From contig OZ024757.1 in NCBI GenBank assembly GCA_964016885.1, forward strand, positions 30,628,001 through 30,692,000: 64,000 nucleotides of DNA, written 5' to 3'. The position numbers and the translations under genes are program-made. The notes under the pieces were generated by a model. The model was not told where the DNA came from, did not search any database, and saw only the letters and a program-made list of their open reading frames with translations. This DNA comes from Eledone cirrhosa. Taxonomy: Eukaryota. Positions 37,801-51,538 of this stretch are shown one piece after another (position 1 is the stretch's first letter; every line of letters begins with the position of its first letter).

Positions 37801-38836
37801 TCATTCTAAATTAATTGATTGTCAGCAGTCTGTTATTGAAATATTGAAAATGTCAACTCAACTGTCAGCAAAATCTGCAGGATCTCATGCAAACGGGACT
37901 AAACCTTCTCCAACTTCTGCTGTTGCTGCTGGTGTTGATAAATTTTCTCCCAGTGATAAACATTGCAGTAAAATGTATGATCCAGTGTTAGCTTCCTCAC
38001 TAGAAGTACCAACTAAATGTGAGAGAAATCTTTCCTCACCTGTTGTTCCACAAACATGTAAAACCTCAGTATCATTGAATAGTCAGGAAGACATAGTTAT
38101 TAACTGCTTTGGTAGATCTAATCCAGAAGATTCTCATTCTCCTATAATTATTCGTTGTTTTTCTAACAGTATGACAAATTCAGAGCTAGCTGAATCACCG
38201 AGCAGCAAAATTTCTGATTATGGTGATTCTACACCAACAAAGGAAACAATTGTTCGTAAACTGTTCTCACCAAGTAAGCCTGATTATGATTTATCGGTGG
38301 AAAATCAAATCCTAGATGACATTGGAGCAAAGAATCACAGTCTTGACTTTCTCAATGAAATGAAGAAGAAATTATCGCAGGAAATTGCTGCTCATAACAG
38401 AAGACAACAAGATGAAGATTGTTCTTCAGATCTAACACAATTAAATGATATCTGTGAGAATGATAAAGATACATATTGTAGTAATGATAGTGTGAGAGAC
38501 GATGAGAATTTTCTGAAAACATATTCTCCTCATGCACAGACTGATTCAGCTACAAGTACTCGGCAGTCTCAAGGTGATTGCGTAGACTTAGAAGAAGGGG
38601 AGATTGTAAGTGATGATGATGAAAAGGAGGAGGAGGTGGTGGTGGAAGATGGTGAGAGAGAAGAAACTTCCAAGGGGGAATTCTCCGATAACATTAAACA
38701 TGAAAGTAAACACACTTCAAAACAAACTTCCAAAAGAAGGAAGATATCAGGGTGTAAGACATTGTCTAAAATTAACAATAAACAGAATGACAACTCTTCA
38801 GGACATAAAAACAAAAAACGAAGGGTTGACCGGTGA
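34873..38836 (+). CDS. CASP8AP2: FLASH-like copy B, giant exon 3 (tandem 14-aa repeat, basic Ser/Lys/Arg region, DLEEGEIVSD motif, acidic tract, KKRR tail); spliced product about 1419 aa
   Basis: TTTCTAG acceptor at 34872, in frame with exon 2; 3964 nt open. The end is either TGA at 38834-38836 or a CG|GTGAGG donor at 38833. Confidence 0.8.
34907..37333 (+). repeat. Coding minisatellite: 58 units (55 x 42 bp + 3 x 39 bp), consensus KPQLEYSK(H/W/R)NGDPQ
   Basis: Unit aaaccacagttggaatattctaaacacaatggtgaccctcaa; span 2427 bp = 55x42 + 3x39; no frameshift or stop. Confidence 0.95.
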
Positions 38837-39064
38837 GGATGGAGTGCTGAGCTAATGTTATTTTTTAACGATATATTATTTAAGTAAAACTGAAATTTAT
38901 CTTCCTCTTCCTCCTGTTCATGATATTGTATATGTCTGTTTATATTATTCCCATGTCTTTAATAAGCACATATCAAAATATAACACACAAGCACATATAT
39001 ATATTTGTGCGTTTATATATGTACATATATTTGTATGTATATATGTATGTGTACATTTCTTCTT

Positions 39065-39385
39065 CTTCGTCTTATTCTTGAGAGGGTCATGGAGGTAGAG
39101 TCCTCAACCACTCCTTCTAGCAGGCCTTGTCAGAAGCAACTGTCTCCAACTGATCCTACTGGATCTCAAGCAATATCAGCCAAGCTTATGGATGTTATCC
39201 AACCATCTTGCTTGCAGTCTTCTCCTGGGTCTCCTGCTGGTTAGTTTTGCCCATAAAATCTGTCCAGTGATTCTTTGCTCAAACATTCTAACAACATGCC
39301 CATAGTATTGAAGCTGTGATCTCTCAATTCGGAGTAGTAGTGGCTCTACCTGGCATGACCCTCTGATCTCCAAGCTACACATGCT
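39065..39385 (-). mobile_element. RTE-like LINE 3' fragment
   Basis: LLLRIERSQLQYYGHVVRM..RRPRRRLQARWLDNI, the typical RTE ORF2 C-terminus, followed by a (GAA)n-like tail. Confidence 0.75.
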
Positions 39386-39411
39386 ATTGCTCTATCGATA
39401 TATATATATAC

Positions 39412-39465
<54 letters not shown>

Positions 39466-39829
39466 AAAATTAATTTAAGAGAGACATGCGCCATATCCAC
39501 TGTAGAATATGCTCCAAGATTCCAATGAATAGATCCGAGCATTTTATATCAACTAGAAATTGATTGACATATATATATATTTAAAATAAACATGAAACAA
39601 TCACAGGGAATAATTTGTAATTTAAATATATATATATATGTCAATTAATTTCTAGTTGATTATGCTAGCCTGAAAGATGGATGTTAAACGAAGATGATGA
39701 TGATGATATATATATATGTTTGTGTGTGTGTGTGTGGTAGGTTGTGCTTTTCATAATTTGACTGGCTGGCTGGATGGATGCCTTTTCCGTCACCAACCTA
39801 CAGAAAGCTTGTTAGTACAACTAGTGGGG

Positions 39830-40622
39830 AAAAGAGTCAAATGAGATGTAATTTGGTTTTGTGCCTGAGAAGAGCACCGCAGATACTCTCTTATTGAGAC
39901 AACTACCAGAGAAGGTCCTAGCTAAGTGGAAGCCACAATGTCTAGTTTTTTTTTTATCTGGAGAAGGCCTTTGACATAGTACCACTAGTAAACTAGTTGT
40001 AGAAGAATAGGATGGAAGAAGTTTAGGACTCTACTACCTCTGTTGACTACAAAAAGGTTTCTCTCTACAAGCAAAAGGTTGGCAGTATGATGCTTGCATG
40101 TGATGTATAATGTTGCATGGTAGTGAGACATGGACAGTGAATTCAGAGGATATGCAAAGGCTGGAGAGAGAAATGAAGCAAGCATGCTTTGATGGATGTG
40201 CAAGTACAACAAAGCATGGATGAACTGAGAGAAAAATCTGGGTATATGAGGAATTAACCCTTTAGCATTTAAACCGGCCGTATCCAGCCAGAATTCTCTC
40301 ACCTCTTTCTGTTCAAACTGGCCACTCATACTGATGTTAAGGTATTCTTCTCAACATAAATAATATCAAAATCTCATAGATTCGACATTATATGGGGTAA
40401 AGCCATTACCATGAAAATATAATAGTATATATAGAGTAATGTAAATGCTGAAGGGTTAAATATAGTGTGCAAGAGAGAAGACTGTGCTGGTATGGATAGT
40501 TGTATGGTTGATCCCTGGGTGAAGAACTGCTGAGAAATCTCAGTGGATAGAAGGAAGTTGCAGTAGAGGAAGACCTGGGCAGAGGTGAGAGCTGATCTCA
40601 AATTGCTGAAGCCCACAGAGGA
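39830..40622 (+). mobile_element. Degenerate RTE-like LINE fragment with a TTAA-MITE inserted at 40258-40455
   Basis: DLEKAFDIVP and LHGSETW motifs, similar to the 47.0-47.6 kb copy; MITE flanked by TTAA on both sides. Confidence 0.75.
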
Positions 40623-43548
40623 GATGGGGTTTTCCTCTGGTGGCTATGGTGGACGGGATTAAAAGGTCTGAGGACAGACACCTTGCCTTCTTTAAATACC
40701 ACTTCTGAAGGAAAATGAGAGTGGAGAGAGATGTGCTGCACCCCAGTAAATTCGCTGAAAGGTGGGTGACAGTCAAGCCAAACAATACATCACGTTTGAA
40801 GAAAAGTGTGGGTTCAAAATAAATTCAACCCCGGAAATTCGCGGCCAGACTCTGAGGAAAACGATAATTTTCAGGACTGTCTCCAGCAGCACCAGGAATC
40901 CAGCATTTCTCAGTCAACTTGAAATAGAAACAGTGTTGAAGGAAGCATTGCTGGACATCGATTTCATGCAGAGGGCCAGACAGTATGAAAGCATTTTGGT
41001 GCTTCTCAAAAGCGAAGCCCTCGCACAAAAATATTCGGTGACTCTGGTCACTTCTGCAAACTACACCTTTTTCCCTACATACCTGGGATAATAGACACAA
41101 AAAATATAAATCTCAAATATACCACCAAATATCAATATTTGGTGGATTTTGGCTGGATTTTTAGAGGAGGCAGAGGACACCATCCTCTCCATCAGAAAAT
41201 CAACCAGACACACGTGGGCTGGTACCAGTTTGGAAGTTTTGGTACAGATGAAATCAGAATTTTTAAGAATCCGGAAAGAGTACCAGTAGACACCAACAAC
41301 CACATAAACATTTCTACTGAAGAGAGGAGGCCTCACTGCTTTCGATGTTCCAGCACATTGCATTTAAAGGCCTCCTGTCCTTTACAGACAAACTTGAACA
41401 AAAACAAAAAAGTACTCTTACGAACACCACAACAACAACAACACACACAAAACAAGCAAACACACAAAAACAAACAACTACTCAACCACAAACAACAGAA
41501 AAAACAGACAATTCCCCTGAAAAACAGTTCCACCCCATCCCACTCCATCCAACACTACCACAACCACACCATCACCACACAATATATGTCTCCCACAAGC
41601 CTCTGATGACGATTCATCATCAGACAAGGCTACTTCTCCATCCCCAAGCGAGAATGAAGGAGAGCCTCAGAAATCAAAAAAGACACCACAAAGCCACAAA
41701 AACACCAATCACCAACACAAACACACAACCACCAACACAAACAACACCCCTACCAGCAAAACAAACACCAACACCACCCCAAACACAAACACCCACCATA
41801 AAAAGAAAACTACAAAATGAACAACAAACAAAAACAACACAAAAATATAAACAGCACACATACGTTAACACCAATAACAAAAACCTGATGATGGTCATCT
41901 CCAAAGACCCCAAAGTAGAAACTGAGGGGAAAACTTTTGTCAAAGTAGGCATGGCACCACACCTAAAATTGATAAGGGTTTCGGTGGAAACCTACCAGAA
42001 ACTCAAGGGTCAATTTTTGTAGGACGTCGGGAACCCGTGCCCAAAACCCATTAACCGCGTCCTCTTGAAACGTTTCCCCACCCCACCCAGCACCCAAATG
42101 GAGATTGAACAACCTGATCTCCAAGAAACGAAAAGGTAAGTGCATCTTTTCGTCCTTTTCGCCGACTCTTCTCCACCAACATGGCCGATTTATGAGTTGG
42201 AAGTGTGAATGTGCGTGGCCTAGGGATGTCCTGGAAACAGGGCCAACTTTTAAACGACTTTAGGTCACACGATATGGATTTGATAGCCATCAGCGAGTCC
42301 AGGATCCACAACAAGCAGCAACTAACCCCCATCTTTGATGACTTTGAGATCTACGCATCTCTCTGTCAGCCAAGAGGTGGAGGGATAGTGGCTGTTATGT
42401 TTCGGAAAAACCTGGACCTCGAAATACAGCAAATACACTTGGACTCGGAGGGTAGACTGGTGGTCCTAGACATGAACAGTGTTGGAGGTGGCCATTTATG
42501 CCCTAACGGACATCGCGGCCAGACTTCTTTAAGCGTCTAGAGTCTTTTCTGGGAATGTCTTGCTCCTTGCTTTTAGTGGGGGACTGGAATGGTATCCTAG
42601 ACGTACGATGGGACTATGTAGGAACATGTCTCAGTAGAGGGGGGTGCAACAGCCTCAAAAATTTAATTGGCCAATTCCAACTGGCTGATAGGTATCACCT
42701 AGATTTCCTGACTGCACCACAGTGGACATGGACAAACTGCAGTGGAACATCTAGATCATATTTAGATAGATTCTTAATTAGAGAGAGAGACAGGAAAATG
42801 TTAAGCTGTCCACAAATGTACATGGTTGCCTATTCAGACCACAAACTAGTCACCTGCATAGTCAACCATGATAGAACGCATAGACTAGGACTCGGATACT
42901 GGAAACTGAACATGTCGTTATTGACTCATAAAGCCTACAGTAGACGGATAAGTAGTTTAGTTAAGCACCAGTTGACGGGAGCCATCATCAACAGGAGGTG
43001 GTGGTGCTCTCCCAAGAGAACAATTAGAGTAGACTCCATAGCTTTTAGTAAAGAACTAGCTTTAGAGAAAGATAAAACAGAAAGAAAACTGGTAGCCAAG
43101 GTAGAGGAGCCGCTTAGGAGTGTCAACGCAGTTAGAGTGCTAGCAACGAAAACGGCACTGGGCCAGTTGTTCGATGTGAAACACGAAGGCTGCATTGTCA
43201 GGAGTAGATCACATGCTCTAGGAAACGAGGGAGGAAAAGCTGTTAGCTGGGCCTGAGTAGTAGAAGTGAAAAGTGGCAAGAAGTCAACGATTCGGTCTTT
43301 GAAAGACCAAAATGGACGTGTGCTACTTGATTCCAGGCAGATGTGCACGGCCTTTCAGTGGCACTTTGTGCAACTGTTCGAGCAGAGCGGTGTGCTGAAC
43401 GAGACAATGGACTTCGGTTCATACCTCAACGGTCTACCGGGTCTCGAGCATGGACGGCAAGTTCTGCGAAAGACTGATCACAGCCACTGAGATACAGGAC
43501 GCTCTAGGCTGCTGCGGGAAACGCAAATCATCCGGTCTAGATGGCCGA
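40623..43548 (+). mobile_element. Tx1/L1-clade non-LTR retrotransposon relic: ORF1 with zinc knuckle and ORF2 APE endonuclease, RT missing
   Basis: CFRCSSTLHLKASC (CX2CX4HX4C) at 41337-41378; ORF2 motifs NVRGL, DLIAISESR, LVGDWN, YLDRFL, SDHKLV, GYWKLN; ends at KSSGLDG; several frameshifts and stops. Confidence 0.85.
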
Positions 43549-44013
43549 TATTATGTGGGATACTATGGCTGATTTGAAAAGAAAGAAAGAAAGGAGTAAG
43601 AGAATTCTGGCTGGATACGGCCGGTTTAAATGCTAAAGGGTTAAAGCAAGAAAGTCTGATTATTAACTACTTAAATGTATCAAAGGTTAATAGAAAATAT
43701 TTAGAGAGATTAGCAACAAATACACAAGGTATAGTTACTTTTCCACAAAATTATGGCTTACTACAACATATTTGACTTTGTCTGAATTGTGGGGAGGATA
43801 TGAAACTCACTGAAGACCTATTTACAATTTACTATTGTATTTTTGCAGTAAAGACTTTACCTCACATAATATCGAATCTATGAGATCTTGATATCATTTA
43901 TTTTGAGAACAATACCATAACATTAGTGTGAATGGCGAGTTAGGGCTGGTTTGAACAGAAAGAGGTGAGAGAATTCTGGTGGGATATGGCTGGTTTAAAT
44001 GCTAAAGGGTTAA
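43549..44013. mobile_element. Two partial TTAA-MITE copies
   Basis: Both end in ggtttaaatgctaaagggTTAA (43644, 44013). Confidence 0.7.
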
Positions 44014-45260
44014 GTCTTTAGAATATAAATTCAAAATAGGGAGCATGCAAGACAATGGAAAAAACCCCAATATATATATTATAGAAATGAGATGATAGGG
44101 ACTGGGGTCCCTATCATTCCACTGCAAAGTGGTCATGGAGGTGCCAACGGCAAAAAAGCACCCAGCACTCACTGTAAATGAGGTTGGTGTTAGGAAGGGC
44201 ATCCAGCTGTAGAAATCAAGCCAGAATCAGTTCCCGTCCCACCCTTGCAAGCAGGGAAAAGCAGATGTAAAAATGATGAAAAAAAAAAAAATATATATCA
44301 TCATCATCATCATCATGATCACTGTTTTACGTCAATTCTTCCATGCTAGCATGGGTTAGACAGGTTGTCCTGTTGTGGGCAATGTCAGGTCGGGTGACCT
44401 TGTCTTTCTCAGATGGGAACTGATACTGGCTTGATTTCTACAGCTTGATGCCCTTCCTAACACCAACCCCATTTACAGTGTGGGCTGGGTGCTTTTTTGT
44501 CGTGACACCTCCACGACCACTTTGCAGCGGGAGGGGGTGGGGGCATATTGTCTATATGCTTCATATATATATATATCATCATTTAATGTCTATTTTCGCT
44601 GGACAAGTTGTTACAGATTTGTCAGTACTCAAGCGGAACCTTTGACCTACAAGTGGGCTGTGGGACGAGATATACGATCTTTTTCTCTAGTTTTGTTACA
44701 TAGGTGTGTCTATATGAAATGAGGGCACTCCGTCAGTTACGACGATGAGTGTTTCAATTGATCCGACCAGCTGAACAGCCTGCTAGTGAAATTAACATGC
44801 AAGTGGCTAAGCATTTTACAGACATGCATACTCTTACCATACTTCTCAGGAAGATTCAGTGTAACACTGAACTTGATAAGGCTAACCCTTTGAATTGCAA
44901 GTACGACTCATTTTTGCCAGCTGAGTGGACTGGAGCAACGTGAAATAAAGTGTCTTGCTCAAGGACACAACGCACCGCCGGGAATCGAACTCATGTCCTT
45001 ACGGTTGTGAACTGAATACCTTAACTACAAAGCCACACACCTTCACAGTGACAGACATATATATCACATGTTTAAATATACACATACATGCACACATAAT
45101 ATCAACACTAATACACACACACTTCACTTTGTGTTCCAAAATCGTTACCAAGACTACTCAGTGTTGTTTTGTTTACTCTCTTTATTTTCGTTTTTTTTTA
45201 GTTGGACTACTTTTTATTTTTTGTAGTTATCCTTTGTGATCCTGTCTATATTTTTGTACT

Positions 45261-45593
45261 CCTGGAAGACCGCACACTGACGTGTACATGACCTGGGAGA
45301 CCGCACACTAAAGTGTAAATGATCTGGTAGACCACACACTAAAGTGTAAATGATGTGGTAGACCACACACTAAAGTGCAAATGATCTGGTAGACCGCATA
45401 CTAAAGTGTAAATGATCTGGTAGACCACACACTGAAGTGTAAATGATGTGGTAAACCACACACTAAAGTGCAAATGATCTGGTAGACCACATACTAAAGT
45501 GTAAATGATCTGGTAGACCACACACTAAAGTATAAATGGCCTGGTAGACCACACACTAAACTCTAAATGGCCTCGTAGACCACATGCTAAAGT
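45261..45593. repeat. 31-bp minisatellite, about 11 units
   Basis: tgatctggtagaccacacactaaagtgtaaa repeated. Confidence 0.9.
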
Positions 45594-46297
45594 AGCACCC
45601 ATTTTTGTTATTGTTTTGTATTGCTACCATTTTGTGGTGATGTCAACCTCATTTTGTGGTCTTTTTCATCTTTGTATTATTCCTAATGTCCTACGATCTT
45701 GTGGCCAGTAAAAGAAATCATTTATCATTGATGTTTTTTTTATCATTATTTAATTTTCATTTTTTGTTGTTATTGTTGTTGCTGTGGTTGTTGTTATTAT
45801 TAAGACTACATGACACCCATAACTATCACAAAACACACATAGCAAATAGAAAACCACAAATGCAACACACACACACACATACTCAGGCACACTCATACGC
45901 ATACCTGCATAGACAACCATCATACCACACCACCACTCATATCTACATAGACAAATGTACAGTACAACCCCACTATTTCTCTCTCTCTCACACACACACA
46001 CTCATATATACTCGTGTCCTCCCACCATTTGGTCTGTTTACCTGTTTTTTCTCTTTCTTCCTCTCTTCTCACTACTTTTCCCCCTTTTCTTTTTTCTTTT
46101 CTTTCCCTCCTGGCCTTTTGATGGATAAAAGGGGCGTTGGGCGTGCCGCTGATCACTTTTAGATGTCCTGTATTAAGCGCCAAAACATCTTGATCCCGGT
46201 TTACAGCTGATGAAGGATTTCTTTTCTTTTCTTGATTCGTCCATACTACCATCTTAAACTTTGTTTACAGTAACCATACAGCTCCTTTCGTTTCTTA

Positions 46298-46725
46298 TAT
46301 ATATATGTATGTATATATGTATATATATGTATATATGTATATATGTATATATATGTATATATGTATATATATGTATATATGTATATATATATAATATATA
46401 TATATATATGTGTGTGTGTGTATATGTAAACGATGGTGTGTGTGTGTGTATATGTAAACGATGGTGTGTGTGTGTGTGTGTGTGTATAAACGATGTGTGT
46501 GTGTGTGTGTGTATATATATGTGTGTGTGCGTATATATATAAACGATGTGTGTGTGTGTATATATGTGTGTGTATATATATGTGTGTGTATATATATGTG
46601 TATATATATATATATATATGTGTGTATATATGTGTGTGTGTGTGTGTGTGTATGTATATATGTATATATATGTGTGTGTGTATATATGTATATATATGTG
46701 TGTGTCATCATCATCATCATCATCA
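46298..46725. repeat. Compound (AT)/(GT)/(ATC) microsatellite
   Basis: Seen directly. Confidence 0.95.
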
Positions 46726-47008
46726 CCGTTTTACGTCCGTTCTTCCACGCTAGCATGGGTTAGACGGGTTGTCCTGTTGTGGGCAGTGTCTGGTCGGCTG
46801 ACCATGCCTTGCTCATACAGGAACTGATCTGGCTTGATTTCTACAGCTGGATGCCCTTCCTAACACCAACCTCATTTACAGTGAGTGCTGGGTGCTTTTT
46901 CGTGGCGCCTACACGTCCACTTTACAGTGTGGGCTGGGTGCTTTTTTGCCGTGGCACCTCCACGACCACCTTGCGGTGGGGGGGGGGGGGGCATATTGTT
47001 TATATGCT

Positions 47009-47625
47009 TCAGCATGTACCCATGGGAGGTCGGGTACCCTGTATTACTGCGTGACGCCAGAAGTCACGGTCGTGTGTCATTGACTTTGAGAGGTGTAGTT
47101 GGGTAAGGTCGGCTTTTATCACCTCATCCCAAGTCATCTTGGGTCTCCCCACTCCGCGGTTTCCATCAACTTCTAGTGCTCTGCACCTTTTTATGCAGCT
47201 GTCATCCTTCATACGCATCACATGTCCATACCAGCGTAACCGCCTCTCCTGCACGCAGCATTTGATTCCTCTTATGCTCAGTCTCTCTCTCAATTCATTT
47301 ATGCTTTGTCGTTCACGTATATTACTGTTACACATCCATCGGAGCATGCAGGCTTCGTTTCTCTCTAATCTACGTAAGTCTTCCACCTTCAGCGCCCAGG
47401 TCTCACTACCATGCAACATCGCTGTTCGGATACACGCATCATACAGTCTGCCTTTCATTCTGAGGGAGAAGCCTTTTGCAGCTAGCAGTGGTAGTAGTTC
47501 CCTAAACTTCTTCCATCCCGTTCTTACCCTAGTTATTGTACTTTCTGAGCACCCACCTCCGTTGCTAATTCGGTCACCTAGGTAGCAGAAGCTGTCTACT
47601 GTTTCTACAGGGCCCTCCCAGAGAT
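47009..47625 (-). mobile_element. RTE-like LINE 3' fragment with the frame still open
   Basis: VDSFCYLGDRISNGGGC..WKKFRELLPLL..MLHGSETW..LRWYGHVMRM..GRPKMTWDEVI; the 3' tail continues towards 46720 and recurs at 34290-34620. Confidence 0.9.
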
Positions 47626-47691
47626 TGTGTGTGTATATGTATATATATATATATATGTGTATATGTATATATATATATATATGTGTATATG

Positions 47692-47743
<52 letters not shown>

Positions 47744-47902
47744 CAATTAAATTCATATGTAGATATGTCACTATCTGTAAACCAATTATTGTATTTTATC
47801 TGACGATAGCTACCAAAATACTGGTACCCTTGAAATATATATAATAAAATAAATATGGTTTTATAAAGATAGTTTCCACTTATTAATATTATTGATATAT
47901 AT

Positions 47903-47939
<37 letters not shown>

Positions 47940-48619
47940 AATGAAGTAATTCCGTCGGAAAGGTACAGGAAAAAAAGAGTGCTCTATGTAGGCTACAGAG
48001 CTTTGAAAACAGATATATCTGCTTTCAAGAAACCACTAGTAAATGAAATAATTATCTTTTGTTGTTTATTACATAACTATATATATATACTCCCAACCCC
48101 ATCTACACCACCCTCTCGATGTAAAGTTATGTTGGCACCACAACATCCAGTCCTAAATAAATGAGGTCGTGTAGGTGTCATGACAAAAAAACACACAGTC
48201 CACGCTGCAATGTGGCTGTGTAGGTAACACGGTAAAAACCTCCCAGTCCACACTGTAAATGTGGTTGGTGTTAGGAAGGGCATCCAGCCGTAGAAAACCT
48301 GCCAGAAAGTCCTATACGAGCAAGAGAACCAATCTTGTCTCAAGTGGAACAATTCCCGTCTAAACCCATGCTAGCGTGGAAGATAGATGTTAAACGATGA
48401 TGATGATATATAAATATATATAGAGAGAGAGACACTTAAGCAGGAACATCACAAAAATTTTACAGAGAAGCCACACAAAAAAAAAACAACACCTACAAAG
48501 CATATAAACACATAAACACATAGACACACAAGCACAAAACAGTAATACAAAATACACACACAATTACACTCATATACATATATATACACCACTCACAAAT
48601 ACCACATGTAAATCACACA

Positions 48620-48872
48620 CACACTACGACCATATGTAAATCACACACGCACTCATACACACTCAATAAGACCATATATAAATCACACTCACACACACTC
48701 AATAAGACCATATATAAATCACACACGCACATACAATAAGACCATATATAAATCACACACACACATACAATGAGACCATATATAAATCACACACACACAC
48801 CTACAATAAGACCATATATAAATCACACACACACACACATACAATAAGACCATACGTGAATCACACACACAT
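48620..48872. repeat. Tandem repeat of about 32-42 bp with a variable (CA)n spacer, about 7 units
   Basis: aataagaccatatataaatcacacac repeated. Confidence 0.85.
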
Positions 48873-49234
48873 AACTCCTGAGATGTGTAGCATCAACTGC
48901 AAGAAACCAGTGAATCATATGATTACCTCACCAATCAGAGAGACCTACAGGACAAATAGATTTTGTTTTCACCAGGATATGACATAAACGGTATAAATAC
49001 CAAGTTGTTCCCCCTCCTAACACAGATTAGTTATCAATGACTTCACAGTTAGAGCAAGAGAAACCTAGAGACTGAAGCTTATCATCATCATTTAATGTCC
49101 ATTATCCACACTAGCATGGATTAGAAGGGTTTATCCCATTAGAAGCAAGTTGGGTCAGGTGACCATGCCTTGCTCATATAGGACAGTTTCTGGCTAGATT
49201 TCTACGGCTGGATGTCCTTCCTAACACCAACCAC

Positions 49235-49470
49235 TGGGTGCTTTTTGCCATGACACCTACACGACCACTTTACAGGGTGGGCTGGGTGCTTTTTGTCGTG
49301 ACACCTACATGGCCACTTTACAGTGTGGGCTGGGTGCTTTTTGGCGTGACACCTACATGACCACTTTACAGTGTGGGCTGGGTGCTTTTTGTCATGACAC
49401 CTACATGACCACTTTACAGAGTGGGCTGGGTGCTTTTTGTCGCGAAACCTACATGGCCACTTTAGAGAGT
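49235..49470 (+). repeat. 48-bp minisatellite, about 5 units
   Basis: Same family as 60063-60945. Confidence 0.9.
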
Positions 49471-51207
49471 GAGGATGGTGTATGGGGATGTGGGGGTTAT
49501 CTGGAGAAGAAAGACATGGAAACTGGAAGAACCCTCAGCTGGCAACAAATTCAGAGAAATCCTACTAAGTACTTACATAAAAAAAGGAAGACGAGATGGA
49601 GAATTATTATATGATAAAAGAAAATTTCTCTGAAACAACCTTAGAGCCACGGACCACGACTGCAGTTGGAGCCATCACTAGATGGTGATTTACACAAAAA
49701 GAATTCAGTACAGTCAATAAAGTGATTGGTGTTAGGAAGGGCATACAACCATAGAAAGCTTGCCAAATAAAGGGTTGGAAGAAGCTTTCAGCATTGACAA
49801 AGACATGACAACCTCTCTAGTGTTTGTGTCATGATAAAATGCATTTGGTACAGTGTGAATTGTATATAAGCAAGATGTGTTCCACACACCACAGACTGGT
49901 TGATCTGAGACAGTCATGGGCAATCTGTGGCCTGTTTGGCTTTCTGAATGGCACACCTAATTTGAAAATTGCATTGAATTTTTTAGTAGTGAAGCCCACC
50001 TTACGATGAACCACATCCTTTGTGGTTCATTGCTCGATAAAGGTTGCCCATGCTTGATCTAAGAGATCAGTATCCCCTGCATCAGGACTGACTCGTTGCT
50101 AGCAGGGAAAAACGGACGTTAAATGATGATGACGATGATGATGATGATGGTGGTGGTGACGATGATGATGATGGTGGTGGTGGTGGTGACGATGATGAGT
50201 TCATAAAACAAATCAATAAAAGAGTCGAAAAGAAGAAAAAGGTGTATGTATGTGTGTGTGTGGGCAGAACGAAGTTAGACCATGGGGAGCCCAGGGCACT
50301 TCAGTTTTGGGGTGGGGGTCCCTCATATTAAAAAAAATTAGAGTACACAGCGAATGCCCAATTTCACATCAAAGTTAGCTTGGCGTAAATAATTGGAATT
50401 GAAAAATTAATTATACTGGTATTAAATTCCAAAAATTTAACCCTCCTAAAACTAAAGTGCCCAGCTGAGGACACAAATAAATTGCTACGGCAGTTGCCCC
50501 CCTCCTCCCCAATGAAAAAATGTAACCCCCCAAAACGGAGAGAAATGAGGCAAAATGGGAAGATTTTACATAATGAAAGCTATATCCATTTTCACAAGAG
50601 AAGACATCTCTCACCCACATCACAGTGGGTAGGAGATCTCCCCGTCGGATGGGGGAGAGTTGACAGGTCTGCCGTCACGAACATCGTTTTATATATTACT
50701 TCAATGAAACGAGCCGGCAACGATGACAAGAACTTCGTTGTCATCGGTCTAAATCCAACCCGCAAGCCCACTTCACCACCACTACCTCTAACCCCATTCA
50801 TCCCTGAACAATCTAAAATATGGAACACTTTGCGTGTCACCCTTACCCAAGAGCCACTCTAATCTCTATATCGTTCCAGTTTTAAAATATGAACTGTGCA
50901 GAGTAGGAATTTCAAGATATCGGTAGAATGTTTATTTCAATGTATATACAAAGAATATTCTTGAAAACACATTTCAAACTAGGAGTGAACAAAATTTGAA
51001 TAAATATTTTGACTTTATACATGTACTTCAACTGTCAATGTACGTCGAGTCTTCCTATTCCAGAACACGTATCTTTTACTGTATGTATGTATACACACAC
51101 ATATATACACATATATATATATATACAGTGTGTGTGTGTATAATATATATACATGTGTGTGTATATGTAATATCTATGTATATACACACATACATATATA
51201 TATTTAT

Positions 51208-51256
<49 letters not shown>

Positions 51257-51510
51257 CATATATATATATACACAAAAAATATACAAACACAGACGCATAC
51301 GTGTATAACACACATACATGTATATACACATATATACATGTCTATTGATACACACATACACGTACATGCAGCTAGTGAGGCAGGGAATAGTCGGTAGTCT
51401 TCGGCAGTTGTCGTTTTTTTCCGTCACAGGTCGACATAAACAACTTTAAGCCATTTCCGGCGAGACGATATTGAACTGTTGGAACATTATAAAAAAAGTA
51501 TTTTAAAAGA

Positions 51511-51538
51511 ATGGCTCGTAAAAATTCTCAGAAAACAG
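51511..51538 (+). CDS. Candidate first coding exon (MARKNSQKT, phase 1) of an unidentified gene
   Basis: AGAATGG start context, CAG|GTATGA donor, CpG-enriched non-repetitive leader at 51375-51510 with TTCCGG motif. Confidence 0.4.
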
